64,000 nucleotides of DNA from the NCBI GenBank assembly GCA_000004985.1, contig GG738846.1. One strand, 5' to 3'. This DNA is from Naegleria gruberi. Its lineage: Eukaryota. The position numbers were made by a program, and so were the translations under genes. Below, piece after piece: positions 1-10,942 of this stretch (its first letter is position 1; each line of letters opens with the position of its first letter). Under the pieces are notes generated by a model. The model did not search any database and was not told where the DNA came from. It saw only the letters and a program-made list of their open reading frames with translations.

Positions 1-1053
1 CCAGAATACTTGAACTTTATCAAGGGTATTGTTGATTCTGAAGATTTGCCATTGAACATTTCCAGAGAACATTTGCAACAAAACAAGATCATGAAGGTTA
101 TTAGAAAGAATTTGGTCAAGAAGTGTATTGAAATGTTCTCTGAAATTTCTGAAAATAAGGAAGATTGGAAGTCATTCTATGAAGCCTTTGGAAAGAACTT
201 AAAGTTGGGTATTCACGAAGATTCTCAAAACAGACAAAAGTTGGCTGAATTGTTGAGATTCTCCTCATCCACTAGTGGTGAAGATTGGACTTCATTCAAG
301 GAATATGTTGAACGTATGAAGGAAGGTCAAGAAGACATTTACTACATTACTGGTGAAAGCAAGAAGGCTGTTGCCAACTCTCCATTCATTGAAAAGTGTG
401 CCAAGAAGGGTATTGAAGTCTTGTACTTGACTGACCCAATTGATGAATACATGGTCCAACAATTGAAGGAATTCGATGGTAAAAAGTTGGTTTGTGTTAC
501 CAAGGAAGGTTTAAAGTTGCCAGAAACTGAAGAAGAAAAGAAGAAGAAGGAAGAATTGAAGGCCTCATTCGAAGCTTTGTGCAAGTTGATGAAGGACATT
601 TTGGGTGATAAGGTTGAAAAGGTTGTCGTTTCTGACAGACTTGGTGATTCTCCATGTTGTTTGGTTACTGGTGAATATGGTTGGTCATCAAACATGGAAC
701 GTATCATGAAGGCTCAAGCTTTGAAGGATAACTCAATGGCTGCTTACATGGTTTCCAAGAAGACTATGGAAATTAACCCAGAAAACTCAATTGTCAATGA
801 ATTGAGAAAGAAGGCTGAAGCTAACAAGGCTGACAAGACTTTGAGAGATTTGGTCTGGTTGTTGTTCGACATTTCATTGTTGACTTCTGGTTTCTCATTG
901 GAAGAACCATCAACCTTTGCTGGTAGAATCCACAGAATGATCAAGCTTGGTTTGAGCATTGATGAAGATGAAATCGTCACTGATGCTGAAGTCAAGAAGG
1001 AAGAAGTTGCTGAAGAACCAGCTGCTGAATCCTTGATGGAAGATGTCGATTAA
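1..1053 (+). CDS. HSP90: Cytosolic HSP90, C-terminal ~350 aa. Partial: the 5' end is upstream of the window. The reading frame is open from nt 1 (PEYLNFIKG...).
   Basis: The translation matches the Hsp90 middle and C-terminal domains, including [28 protein letters not shown]-like and TSGFSLEEP, and ends in MEDVD. Codon usage is strongly biased (TTG, AAG, AGA, CCA, GGT, GTC). Confidence 0.95.
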   Translation, partial: PEYLNFIKGIVDSEDLPLNISREHLQQNKIMKVIRKNLVKKCIEMFSEISENKEDWKSFYEAFGKNLKLGIHEDSQNRQKLAELLRFSSSTSGEDWTSFKEYVERMKEGQEDIYYITGESKKAVANSPFIEKCAKKGIEVLYLTDPIDEYMVQQLKEFDGKKLVCVTKEGLKLPETEEEKKKKEELKASFEALCKLMKDILGDKVEKVVVSDRLGDSPCCLVTGEYGWSSNMERIMKAQALKDNSMAAYMVSKKTMEINPENSIVNELRKKAEANKADKTLRDLVWLLFDISLLTSGFSLEEPSTFAGRIHRMIKLGLSIDEDEIVTDAEVKKEEVAEEPAAESLMEDVD

Positions 1054-1285
1054 GAAGATTATTTCTTGAAATAAACCAATTTTGTAAAGCTTTAAAAAAA
1101 ATAGAAAAAGTTGATTTTAAACTGTGAAAAGATAATTTAATTGAAATCGATGTACAACCCATAGTCCAATCATCTCCATTCATTTCCTTCCATACACTGA
1201 ATCATGTATTGAGAATAAAAGAATTGAGGAATTGGAAAAGTTTAACATCTCAGGGAACTTGATTTGGTGAAACAAGAGGAATAAA

Positions 1286-3790
1286 TTACTTTATTAGAGA
1301 CAAAAACTCATTGAGAGTTACAGGTTTCCAAACATTATTGATTTTGGCGTGCAGACATTCATTTTCAATATAGGTCGAAATTCCACCAAAATTATAGAGT
1401 TGTTTGCCATCCAAATATTGACCAACTTTGATTTGGAAAGGAAGATCGTGTTCTTCTGCAAAATCAGAGATGAGTTCTTTGAATGTTTTTGATGTTGGTT
1501 TCTTAGTGGCTGAAGGAGTGGTAGTCTTTTGCTTCAAATTGGAAGCTGCTTGTTTGTTTTCAATTTCAATCGATGGAAGAGGTAACTTTTGAGCTGGAGT
1601 AATTGGAGTATTTGACATGGACTGATAGATCATATCCAATCCTCTCTTGAAACATAATTGAATGATTTGATCCTCTTCAAAATATCTATCAAATTCATCT
1701 TTCCATCTCTGGTACCACTTGTCAACTTGGGTTGGAATACAGTCAGGATCACAAAGCCACGAATACAAGACTTTCCACCATCTATTGAAGAATTGTGATT
1801 CAAATATTGCAACTATAAACTCTGGTATCAGATTATTCCAATGAATGATATTTGATAAATGTTCCCTAGTTTCTGTTGAAATAGAGTCTGTCGTGACAAT
1901 TACAGATATTTTCTTTACAGCTTCCACTATTGTTGGAGTAATAGTTTTGACTAGGAATTTGTAATAGTCATTGAAAACATCTTTCCAAGGTTCCAATGCC
2001 TGGTAGGCTGATTGATCATCAATATTATTCCAATTTCTTAATAATTGTGTATCTAACTTGTTCTTAATCAAATTAAATATACCATACGTTTCGAATTGTT
2101 TGATTGGTATGTAAATAAACCAAGGTTGAATCCATGAGTGAACGGGAATGTTATCTGTTTTAGGGTTCCATTCACCTTGCACGCATGACTTTAGTCGAGG
2201 TATCAGTAATCTCTCTGTTAGGTATATTTTCATAGCTTCTGTACAAACTTTGTCAGCAAATGTTTCAAAAAAGTTTAATCCCTTATCGCACTCATCAATA
2301 GGATTCCATTTTGAAAAGGATTTCCTTATGGATGGTATTAACAAGTCTTGGAGTAGCTTTTCATAATCTTCCTCATTTGTTAGTCCTTGTCTTTTCTTTT
2401 TCAAAATATTTCTCCATGGAAGAAGGATATTTACATATTTTTCAGGATCTTGCATACTTAGAGGATTCCACTCTTTGAAAATCTCTGAAAGAATTGGTCT
2501 AATGAGAGAGAGTCCATAATTTGAAAAGTTAAACTCTTCGAAAATTTCACTGTGCAATTGTTTGAGTTGTGTGAAAACCTGAAGAATTCCTGAGAGTGAA
2601 ATTTTAGATTCATGGAATTTTTGGTTGCAAGCCGAAAGAATTGAAAAGACCTTTTGAAATTCATCAATTTTCTTCTTCTCCATCTTTGCTTTCTCTTCAT
2701 ATTGTTGCCTCTGTTTATCCAATCTATCAAAATTCTCCTTTTCTCTTTGAATTTTTTCATGAACATCCCTGATTGACGATTCGGTTTGTCTTATGATTTC
2801 CTTTACATTGTATTGAAGTTCTGGAATGGTATTGGATACCTTTTCTTTCTGTATGTCAGATAATTTAGACACTACCCTAGCTGTTGGACCAGTCATGTCA
2901 ATTATTTCCATTGACTTGTTGGCTTGAGATGTTACAGGTGTTTCTTTGAGAAGTTGTTCGATGGATTTAAACTTGGGTTTTTGATTCTTCTTTTTCTTCT
3001 TTTTCCACTCATTTCTTCTTGGCCTATCATCTATTGTTTCTTCATTTTGCTTTTCAGATTCCTCTTCCTTTACATTTGTTTTTTGAACATGTTCATCGCT
3101 AATGATGACAGCTTGATTCCTAGATGTTTGTACAACCTTGATAGGATTGATAATACCGCTATTCGTAGGACCCAATCCTTTATCCTCTTTCCAACCCATT
3201 TTATACATCATTCTCAATACATTTGAACCAACTTTTCCTCCAATGAATGAACCAAAATCCTCATCCTTTTTAACTGTTGGTTTTTCCTTGACTTTTGTTG
3301 ATTCAATTTCCTTTTCTACAGTTTCCTGTTGTACTTTCTTTTTGGCTTGTAAAATTACAAATTTTGGTTGTTCCACTTTAGGTTGTTCAGGAGTCATTCC
3401 CATAGTTTGATCAATTAATTGTTCATCCTCTATAATAATTTCCTCCTCATCCTTTTCGTCACTCATTACTGTAACGCTTTGATTATCCTTTTTCGTGATA
3501 AAAGAAATTGGTTTAAAAGTTGACAAGCTTGATTGTGTACTTGATGCAAAATTTGGTTCATCCTCTTCATCGTCATCCATCATTCTCCCACCATGACGAC
3601 GTGATTTATCAAATAATTCATCATAATAATTTTCCTCCTCATCTGTATACACTTCCGATTCTTGATGATGTTGCTGCTGCTCATGATCATCAAATTCTTC
3701 TCCATCATCTTCCATACGATCCGAATCTTCTTCAACAACCTCTTTCTGAGGAGGAGGTGTAGGTTTTGGAATGTAAAGCTTTGGAGGCAT
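1286..3790 (-). CDS. G-patch protein with a C-terminal GCFC-like domain, resembling TFIP11/STIP/Ntr1. The start is most likely the Met at 3790 (aaaaaaaATGcct), not the track start at 3862.
   Basis: It has an acidic N-terminus, a G-patch motif (FGSFIGGKVGSNVLRMMYKMGWKEDKGLGP), and a long conserved C-terminal region rich in W, F and Y, typical of the TFIP11 GCFC domain. It is a single 835-aa ORF. Confidence 0.65.
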   Translation of the reverse strand: MPPKLYIPKPTPPPQKEVVEEDSDRMEDDGEEFDDHEQQQHHQESEVYTDEEENYYDELFDKSRRHGGRMMDDDEEDEPNFASSTQSSLSTFKPISFITKKDNQSVTVMSDEKDEEEIIIEDEQLIDQTMGMTPEQPKVEQPKFVILQAKKKVQQETVEKEIESTKVKEKPTVKKDEDFGSFIGGKVGSNVLRMMYKMGWKEDKGLGPTNSGIINPIKVVQTSRNQAVIISDEHVQKTNVKEEESEKQNEETIDDRPRRNEWKKKKKKNQKPKFKSIEQLLKETPVTSQANKSMEIIDMTGPTARVVSKLSDIQKEKVSNTIPELQYNVKEIIRQTESSIRDVHEKIQREKENFDRLDKQRQQYEEKAKMEKKKIDEFQKVFSILSACNQKFHESKISLSGILQVFTQLKQLHSEIFEEFNFSNYGLSLIRPILSEIFKEWNPLSMQDPEKYVNILLPWRNILKKKRQGLTNEEDYEKLLQDLLIPSIRKSFSKWNPIDECDKGLNFFETFADKVCTEAMKIYLTERLLIPRLKSCVQGEWNPKTDNIPVHSWIQPWFIYIPIKQFETYGIFNLIKNKLDTQLLRNWNNIDDQSAYQALEPWKDVFNDYYKFLVKTITPTIVEAVKKISVIVTTDSISTETREHLSNIIHWNNLIPEFIVAIFESQFFNRWWKVLYSWLCDPDCIPTQVDKWYQRWKDEFDRYFEEDQIIQLCFKRGLDMIYQSMSNTPITPAQKLPLPSIEIENKQAASNLKQKTTTPSATKKPTSKTFKELISDFAEEHDLPFQIKVGQYLDGKQLYNFGGISTYIENECLHAKINNVWKPVTLNEFLSLIK

Positions 3791-4065
3791 TTTTTTTTGT
3801 ATTTTTTTAAAATTTATATTTGAAACACACAAATAGAATTCCATTACATTGAACATGCACAATATTGAAAATTATTACAATAATACTGATATATTGAAAA
3901 TTGATAAATAGAATCTCAAACTTCCCTAGTAACACACCTTAATTCCTCCCACTCCAATGGATTGGAATTTAGGAGATCTCTTTTCTTCCATTTCCCCTCC
4001 ATTTTCTCTATTTTTACTTTTGCCTCAGCTAAATTCATCATCATCACTTCTTAATAGAAAAAAAA

Positions 4066-5574
4066 ATGTTTCCACCACAGCCTTCCTCTAACAACAACAA
4101 CCACAACAACACTACTCCCCATCCAACTTCAACAGTGCCGTTGATTGGTGCTACTCCACAGCACCACCATCATATGATGATGACACCAACACCAACAACA
4201 ACAACAACTAATCAACAACCTGTAACATTATCAGCATTCACTTCTTCTTCTTCCACTCCGCAAATGTACATGTCAACAATAACACCAACTCCACAAATAC
4301 AACAACCTTCGTTCTATTCACCACTTCCTACAAATCAGCCAATTATTCCTTCTACAATCGCAAATCTACCTCCTATTCCACAACAATTCTTGGATCACTA
4401 TCGTATGCTTCAAGAGACTCTCAGTCAATTATCGGTATTTGTGCCACAATATAATAATCAAACAAACATTGTTAATACACTACAACAACAAGTTAATGGT
4501 CAACAACAAGCGCTCAATAATTTGACAAATGATGTAAAAAAAGAAAAAACTCAATTGGAAAAGTTACAGAAATCTAGTTTTACAAACTTGATTGCCAAGA
4601 CGTTGGATAAACATGGTCATGAAAAGAAAGTGGAAAAGGAAAATTCTGAATACAAGATTGCACTTGATAGGGAAAATCAAGCTAGAGCTCAACTTCAAAA
4701 CATTCAAAATCAATTATTGCAAGCTCAAAGTGCTCAATCGTCCCTTTTACAAAAGGTCCAATTATTCGAATCCAAAAAAATTGAACTGAACCAAGTAACT
4801 GATCAAATTATTGGTGCCGCTCAACTGCCACTTACTCACATTATTCCAGTAACCCATCAAAATTTAAATGTTCAACAATCTAAAAAGAATCAAATTATGC
4901 AATACTTGGCACAATACCGTAATGGATTGATGAATTTACAACAAGCATACTCACTTTTACAAACTTGCTATGAGAGATTATCAGAGGCCAAGAATTTAGC
5001 CACTGCCGATTTGTTCATGAGAGGAGGTTATGCAAACATGTACGTTGATTCAATGAAGTATGAAAATCTCAATCGTGCCAACGATGACGCCAAGAGAGCT
5101 AAAATGTTCATTGCTGAGGCTGTGAGATTGTGTCCACCTCTTTCAACACAACCACTTTTTGTTGCCAAGGTAACACAAGGTGATTTTGTTTTTGATGTGT
5201 TTTTTGATAATTTCATTTCCGATTATATTGTTCACGAAAAGATTAGAAAGAGTAAGGAAGCCATGGCTGAATCAATTCAACACTTGGCAAACACCTTAAA
5301 TTGGATTCAAACCAGTTGTCTTCCTCAAATTGAAAGAGATATGGCCCAAACAGATCAAATTGTATTGTCACTGACTAGTACTTTGGAAAATGAAAGAAGA
5401 AATGTTGTCAATATGGCTCTCGAACAATCAAAATCATTTTCCCAAACACCACAAAATTTCACTCAAGTTGTTCTACCACCTCCTCAAAATCCTTCCACTA
5501 CCACTTCATCATCAGCACAATATTTTGATCCTAATGTTGTTCAATATTCATCTGCTCCACCTTTGGATCAATAA
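4066..5574 (+). CDS. Low-complexity, coiled-coil protein of unknown function. The N-terminus is N/T/H/Q-rich.
   Basis: A 502-aa uninterrupted ORF with an aaaaaaATG start context. The N-terminal 100 aa are N/T/Q/H homopolymer tracts, the centre is a heptad-like Q/L/K-rich coiled coil, and the C-terminal ~150 aa is higher-complexity. I recognise no family. Confidence 0.5.
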   Translation: MFPPQPSSNNNNHNNTTPHPTSTVPLIGATPQHHHHMMMTPTPTTTTTNQQPVTLSAFTSSSSTPQMYMSTITPTPQIQQPSFYSPLPTNQPIIPSTIANLPPIPQQFLDHYRMLQETLSQLSVFVPQYNNQTNIVNTLQQQVNGQQQALNNLTNDVKKEKTQLEKLQKSSFTNLIAKTLDKHGHEKKVEKENSEYKIALDRENQARAQLQNIQNQLLQAQSAQSSLLQKVQLFESKKIELNQVTDQIIGAAQLPLTHIIPVTHQNLNVQQSKKNQIMQYLAQYRNGLMNLQQAYSLLQTCYERLSEAKNLATADLFMRGGYANMYVDSMKYENLNRANDDAKRAKMFIAEAVRLCPPLSTQPLFVAKVTQGDFVFDVFFDNFISDYIVHEKIRKSKEAMAESIQHLANTLNWIQTSCLPQIERDMAQTDQIVLSLTSTLENERRNVVNMALEQSKSFSQTPQNFTQVVLPPPQNPSTTTSSSAQYFDPNVVQYSSAPPLDQ

Positions 5575-5681
5575 ATAATTTCAATTTCAATACTCAATTT
5601 TCAATTTATTACAATTTTAATGAAAAATTAAAAGTTTCTAAAAATACAAATTCTTTGCAAGAAAATAAAATTTAAAAAAAA

Positions 5682-7061
5682 ATGAGTTTATATCATCATC
5701 ACAAAACACAAACAGTCTACGTCTTGTTACGTACAGTGATGAGAGCATTTTATGATCCGGTCCATGCTGTGGTGATGGATGCTCTATTGCACTATCAAAC
5801 AAGTCAGTTAGATGAAGTGAAGGAATCCGAATTGGCTAAAAAAGTTAATTTGCAACCAAGTGTTGTTAAGAAGGCCCTGTTAGAATTGTATTCTGATTTA
5901 TTATTGACAAAGGAAGAGAGGGCTACGGAACGGAAAAAGGGACAGAAAAAGTACCCATCACGATCCGAGACTTATTGGAGAGTGGATTATGAACAATGTA
6001 TCAATGCTATTCGATACAAGATGTATTTATTATCTTTGGAAGTGAAAAAGAAAGTTCAAGCAGATCCAACCTATACTTGTACAGTTTGTGACGAGGAATA
6101 TGAAGCTTATGATGTTACTAGATTATTAGATTTTGCAACAGGAACTCTTATATGTCAAACTTGTGGAGGTCAAGTTGACGAATCACGTGAATCATTGGAA
6201 AAACATGAAGAAACAATATCTGGAAGTGATTCATTGGAAGTAAGATATAATAATCAATTACAACTTATTATTGAAAAATTGAATGAATGTAAAGCCTATG
6301 TTGTACCAAAGGAATACAGATGGAATTACAAACATATTGTCACAAAGGAAGAGGCTGATAGAAAGATTGAAGAACAACGTAAGGCCATCGAGAGAGAGAA
6401 ATCTATGGGATCACATCGTCCAGTTTCCACAATATCAAGAAATACTCAGTCCAATAACTTGGGTGCTACTGCACACGTTGCCAAGGCCTCTGCCTTATCT
6501 TCAAGTAGTTACATTAGTTTGGATCCATCGGCAAATATCAAGATTGACTTTGTGGAAGAACGTGGAATTATTGATGATGACAGTGATGCTCATATTCAAA
6601 ACAATCCAGTTCAAAAGAAACCTGATAATCCATTCTTCTTGAAACAAACAGTTTCTTCACGTGAATACAATGATTACAATCAAGCAAATGATGTTGAGGA
6701 TGACGATGACCACATTATTTCATCAAAGGATAGAGAAATCGACACCTCTGTTTATCATGAATTATTGGAAAGAGAAGCTGCTGAAAATGCCAAATCAGAA
6801 AAAATGGTTGACGAATTTGAAGCAATTGATGAAGGTGTGATGGATAACATGATCACTGATACAAATGAATTTGAAAGTGTTACCAATTTCGAACAAGATA
6901 ATGGAATGGATGGTAATAATAATGAGCCAATGATTTTTGTTGCTGGTGTACCTGTACCATATTCTCAGATCACTCCTGAGCATGAAAGTGCCATGACTGA
7001 ACTAGAATATGAAGAATATGATAGAATTAAGGCCGAACAAGAACAAATATATGACTTTTAA
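5682..7061 (+). CDS. GTF2E1: General transcription factor TFIIE alpha subunit (Tfa1/GTF2E1-like).
   Basis: The N-terminal winged-helix segment (VLLRTVMRAFYDPVHAVVMDALL...) is followed by a zinc ribbon, C-x2-C-x(21)-C-x2-C (CTVCDEEY...CQTCGG), and then an acidic tail. This is the TFIIE-alpha architecture. Confidence 0.75.
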   Translation: MSLYHHHKTQTVYVLLRTVMRAFYDPVHAVVMDALLHYQTSQLDEVKESELAKKVNLQPSVVKKALLELYSDLLLTKEERATERKKGQKKYPSRSETYWRVDYEQCINAIRYKMYLLSLEVKKKVQADPTYTCTVCDEEYEAYDVTRLLDFATGTLICQTCGGQVDESRESLEKHEETISGSDSLEVRYNNQLQLIIEKLNECKAYVVPKEYRWNYKHIVTKEEADRKIEEQRKAIEREKSMGSHRPVSTISRNTQSNNLGATAHVAKASALSSSSYISLDPSANIKIDFVEERGIIDDDSDAHIQNNPVQKKPDNPFFLKQTVSSREYNDYNQANDVEDDDDHIISSKDREIDTSVYHELLEREAAENAKSEKMVDEFEAIDEGVMDNMITDTNEFESVTNFEQDNGMDGNNNEPMIFVAGVPVPYSQITPEHESAMTELEYEEYDRIKAEQEQIYDF

Positions 7062-7187
7062 TAAATTTGGTAAACTCTTCAAAAATCAAAACAAATGAAC
7101 ATGTTACATTTTCAGTGAATTCGTCTTTTATAAGTTAAGATTGTTGTCACCCAATCATAGTTGATGTAACGAATGTTTTAAATGTAA

Positions 7188-10100
7188 CTAATTAGAGAAC
7201 TTTCTTAACAAGTTTCTATAAATTTCCTCCTCCTCATCTTCATTCAAAATAGTAGGAGGTTTTGATTTTGCAATTTGATCCAGAATTGAATTGATTTGTA
7301 TCATGTTACAATTAAATGTAACGAGGCAAGCTTCTATCAATTTGATTGGTAATTGGAAATAATTACTCAAGTTATTTCCATGACAAAGATAAAAGTGAGA
7401 GCTGGTTGGGAAAATTTCATTACTCTCAAAAATAGATAGAGCATACAATATTTGGTCAATTGAAATATTGGAATTACGAATAGAAATGTCAGTGTAGAGC
7501 ATTAAAAATTGGCAAAGTTTGATTTCGACATTTGGATGTTCAATTCCAATCAAATCCATGGCAAGATTGATATCTTTTTGAGAGAAGAAGTACTTTTCGT
7601 TGAGATACTCTCTAATTCGTTCTCTATTCTCAAAGTAAATTTCTTCACTGGATGGAAGCTTAACTTTTGGTAATGTAACATTGGACAAAATCTTTCTCTT
7701 ATTCCACTTTTGTTTTTCATACTCGAAAAGATAGAGACAACGATCTGGGAGACTGGCAACTACCTTTGCATTCTCTGAAATGAATGGTTCAAAATATTGT
7801 AACATATCCATAGTTATTTCTATACCACAGAAAATAGATTCATAGTCATCACGTTTAAGAATTGGAATATTACTAAATCTTGGCACAAATAAATTCTTCT
7901 TGACATATTCTATCATAGCCATTTGATTCAAATAGTTACAACCATACTTGCTTTTTACAAATTCGTAGAGTTTGGATCTTGAAAAGTCAATTATGTGTTC
8001 GTCAATATCGGTACCAGTAACAATACCTTTTTCTCCAACCAAGTAGGAGGCCAAGCATGTAACAAATCCACATCCACTTCCAACATCTAGGAATTTGGTT
8101 CCTTCTTTAAGGTCGAGAGCTTCCAACCCTCTAATAACCACAAGTGTTGGGGTAATATTGAAATGAATCGTTTCATCAAAGTTATCTGGTTTTAGGTTAC
8201 AATCAATCACATATTGGCCATAGTTTGAAATGTTAACAAATTCATTTGGAGAGAAGGCAGATTTTGGAATATTCAAAAGTGCAGACAGTAATTTGTTTGA
8301 CTTGATTCCAGACCACTTGACAGCCTTTTGTTCCTTCTTTGTTTGAGGATTTTTGTATGTAATCTTGATAGGATTAGCAAGGGTGTTAATAATCTTTTCA
8401 TTCATTTCCATCAAGTGTGCAGTATTATTATCAGAAGAGTTATTGTCTCCTAAAAGATTCATAGGATTATCAGAGAAGACTTGTTTGTCATTATTCTTAA
8501 TGAAAACTCTATCAAAGTAATCCACACCAACTCGAATGTTACTTGGCTCTGTGCTTAATTGGCTGAATATGTTATTAAAGTATGATATTTCAGCATTGTG
8601 AATATTGAAAGCAAAAGGTTCTCTTCCAAAATTAGCTGAAACTTTCATAAACTTGGAAGCAGTGCTAACAGAAAAGTAAACTGTTGAGAGATTATCCAAA
8701 CGGTAAGGAGTGAATCCTATAAATTCTCCATTCTTGGTAAAGAATATACTATTCTCGTTCAAAACTCCACAACCAATAACATCTCCACCATTAAATTTTG
8801 GTCCAAAAATTCTCTTATTACAATTCTTTACGAGACATCCATCAAATGACGAGTAGGAAATGAATTGTACATTCATCCATTCGTTCAAAAGTGAAATACC
8901 AACGGAACATTTGCCAGTTTCCCCTTCGTCTTGCAAAACAACTTCAAAATATTTGAAGGGAGTTCTATCGATTGGAACTGAGCATTTGGCAAATAGAGGT
9001 TTTTCAATTGGTAGCATGTGAACAAGGGTGAAATCTTCACAAATCATTTCTTTAAAGTTACACTCCAATGTAGGCAAGATTTGTTGGGAAATGGAAGGTT
9101 GGGTTTCCTCTATGTCTTTGCAAACTTGTGATATTATTTCCTCTTGAGAGGAAGCAAGCAAATCAATTTTGATTAATCTCTTTCTTGGAATTCTGACGCC
9201 AGGATAGAAGATGGATCCATTTACAATGACGTTATTCATGAGCTTACTATCGTTGCTTGTAATTTGAGAGAAGAGAGGAATATTATTAATCTCAATAACA
9301 CCATTCATTGAGATTGAAAATGGTCCTTCACTGTATGAGAAGGAATACATGGAATTATTTAAAATGGAAGGTTTGATAATAGATTGAAATGGTATTTTGA
9401 TTTCCTTGACGGTAGTTGATTGTTTGTTAATTAATTTAAGTATGAGATTTTGATCCATTAATTCTGTCAAGGTTGTTTTTGGTAGATAAATTGTGGTCAA
9501 ATTGTACCAATTCAGGAATGTATCAAATGTTTGGAATGGTTGAGGTATTTTAGGTACAATGTTAAATGTTTGATCCGGATAGGTGGTATTTAAATCTCTA
9601 TTCTTTGTTAAATTTTTTTCATTTCTTAATCCATAAACTAAATGATACTGTTGGTTTACTTGATTTGGTAGGATTATATTAATATTCTTCAAATTAATTT
9701 CAATATCACTAAATTGTTTCATTTGACAATTAAAGCTAATTTTACCAATTACAGAGCTTCCCGATTTGATAAAATGTTCGTTTTTAAAAGGACCTGTACA
9801 AATAGAATATAAATCAATTTTTACAACATCTCCTATTGGTAAATTATTCAAATCAAAACATTGTATAACAAAAACTCTTTTTTCCAATAAATTTAACATT
9901 CCTGTTTGGTAGTAAAATTGTTGATTAAATGTTATAAATTCATACTTGTCATTCTTCCTATTAAAAGATGAAATGATGAATTGTTTAAAATTAGCAAAAT
10001 TCATTCGGAGAGATGAAAGTGTTTGACTATTACTATTATTCAACTCTACACTAAAATCCGATAAAGTTACAAGGAATGTACCATTATTCTCCCTACTCTC

Positions 10101-10286
10101 ACGATCATTTCCATCACATGAAATATTTGGGAGTGAATGATGAATCGGAGGTGGAGGAGGGAAAATCATTGGACTTGCCGATGAAGGAATATTTTGTATC
10201 ATTCCATGAGATCCTGATGATAAATGTGTTGTTGCATGATGGTGCAGTGGATGATGAGGAGGTGGTGTTCTGAACATTGGAATCAT
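7188..10286 (-). CDS. Large 1032-aa protein combining a SPRY domain with a protein-L-isoaspartate O-methyltransferase-like (PCMT) domain.
   Basis: The SPRY region (YFEVVLQDEGETGKCSVGISLL...FGPKFNGGDVIGCGV...IFFTKNGEFIG...VYFSVS...ANFG) is followed by MTase motif I with PCMT-like spacing (FLDVGSGCGFVTCLASYLVGEKGIVTGTDIDEHII). The N-terminus is P/H-rich. Confidence 0.7.
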   Translation of the reverse strand: MIPMFRTPPPHHPLHHHATTHLSSGSHGMIQNIPSSASPMIFPPPPPIHHSLPNISCDGNDRESRENNGTFLVTLSDFSVELNNSNSQTLSSLRMNFANFKQFIISSFNRKNDKYEFITFNQQFYYQTGMLNLLEKRVFVIQCFDLNNLPIGDVVKIDLYSICTGPFKNEHFIKSGSSVIGKISFNCQMKQFSDIEINLKNINIILPNQVNQQYHLVYGLRNEKNLTKNRDLNTTYPDQTFNIVPKIPQPFQTFDTFLNWYNLTTIYLPKTTLTELMDQNLILKLINKQSTTVKEIKIPFQSIIKPSILNNSMYSFSYSEGPFSISMNGVIEINNIPLFSQITSNDSKLMNNVIVNGSIFYPGVRIPRKRLIKIDLLASSQEEIISQVCKDIEETQPSISQQILPTLECNFKEMICEDFTLVHMLPIEKPLFAKCSVPIDRTPFKYFEVVLQDEGETGKCSVGISLLNEWMNVQFISYSSFDGCLVKNCNKRIFGPKFNGGDVIGCGVLNENSIFFTKNGEFIGFTPYRLDNLSTVYFSVSTASKFMKVSANFGREPFAFNIHNAEISYFNNIFSQLSTEPSNIRVGVDYFDRVFIKNNDKQVFSDNPMNLLGDNNSSDNNTAHLMEMNEKIINTLANPIKITYKNPQTKKEQKAVKWSGIKSNKLLSALLNIPKSAFSPNEFVNISNYGQYVIDCNLKPDNFDETIHFNITPTLVVIRGLEALDLKEGTKFLDVGSGCGFVTCLASYLVGEKGIVTGTDIDEHIIDFSRSKLYEFVKSKYGCNYLNQMAMIEYVKKNLFVPRFSNIPILKRDDYESIFCGIEITMDMLQYFEPFISENAKVVASLPDRCLYLFEYEKQKWNKRKILSNVTLPKVKLPSSEEIYFENRERIREYLNEKYFFSQKDINLAMDLIGIEHPNVEIKLCQFLMLYTDISIRNSNISIDQILYALSIFESNEIFPTSSHFYLCHGNNLSNYFQLPIKLIEACLVTFNCNMIQINSILDQIAKSKPPTILNEDEEEEIYRNLLRKFSN

Positions 10287-10345
10287 TTTTTTTTGTATTT
10301 AAATTTTTACAAAATTGAAGATTAAAGTTACATTTTGATTTTTCA

Positions 10346-10942
10346 TTATTCTTCATGATCAGCAATCGAAACTTGAGCACCACCTTCCCCAATACATAAA
10401 TCCAAAGTAGTGGTTGGAGGAGCTGGACAAGCTTTTGGAATTAATTTACTCAACTCATTGAATTCTCTTGTTGCTTCTTCATTACCCTGTTCTGATGCTT
10501 TCTGTAACCAATGAAGAGAAGCAGAGAGATCAATCCTAACTCCATTACCCTCCTTATAGATCATTCCGAGGGTGTATTGAGCAAATTGATTATTCTGCAA
10601 AGCTGATTTGCTATAATACTCAACAGCCTTACTCTTATCAACTCTTATTCCCTTTCCAAATGAATAAGCATCACCAACAAACAATTGTCCATAATGTTCT
10701 CCTAAATCTGCTGATTTTTCATACCATTCAAAGGCTTTTTCATCATTAGATTCTAGAAATCCAGGACAACCATCACGATACATATTTCCGAGAGCCATCA
10801 TGGCTGGTACGTAATTTTGTGAGGCAGATTGAGAGAGCAAATCAAAGGCCATGAAATAGTTTTGTTCAGTATCGGAAGAACCGTACAGATAGGTAAAACC
10901 CTGATTGTATTGATGAATTGCAAGTTGTTCTTCTTGAGACAT
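10346..10942 (-). CDS. Sel1-like repeat (TPR-family) protein, 198 aa.
   Basis: It has about four Sel1 repeats (A..WY.KSA.QG...AQ..LG..Y..G.G...D...A..W). The start context is caaaaaATG. Confidence 0.75.
   Translation of the reverse strand: MSQEEQLAIHQYNQGFTYLYGSSDTEQNYFMAFDLLSQSASQNYVPAMMALGNMYRDGCPGFLESNDEKAFEWYEKSADLGEHYGQLFVGDAYSFGKGIRVDKSKAVEYYSKSALQNNQFAQYTLGMIYKEGNGVRIDLSASLHWLQKASEQGNEEATREFNELSKLIPKACPAPPTTTLDLCIGEGGAQVSIADHEE

Noticed and set aside
342-1183. Three minus-strand ORFs (342-707, 744-995, 992-1183) inside or next to HSP90.
   Set aside because: They are antisense to a highly conserved, strongly codon-biased CDS. Their translations are low-complexity and have no start context.
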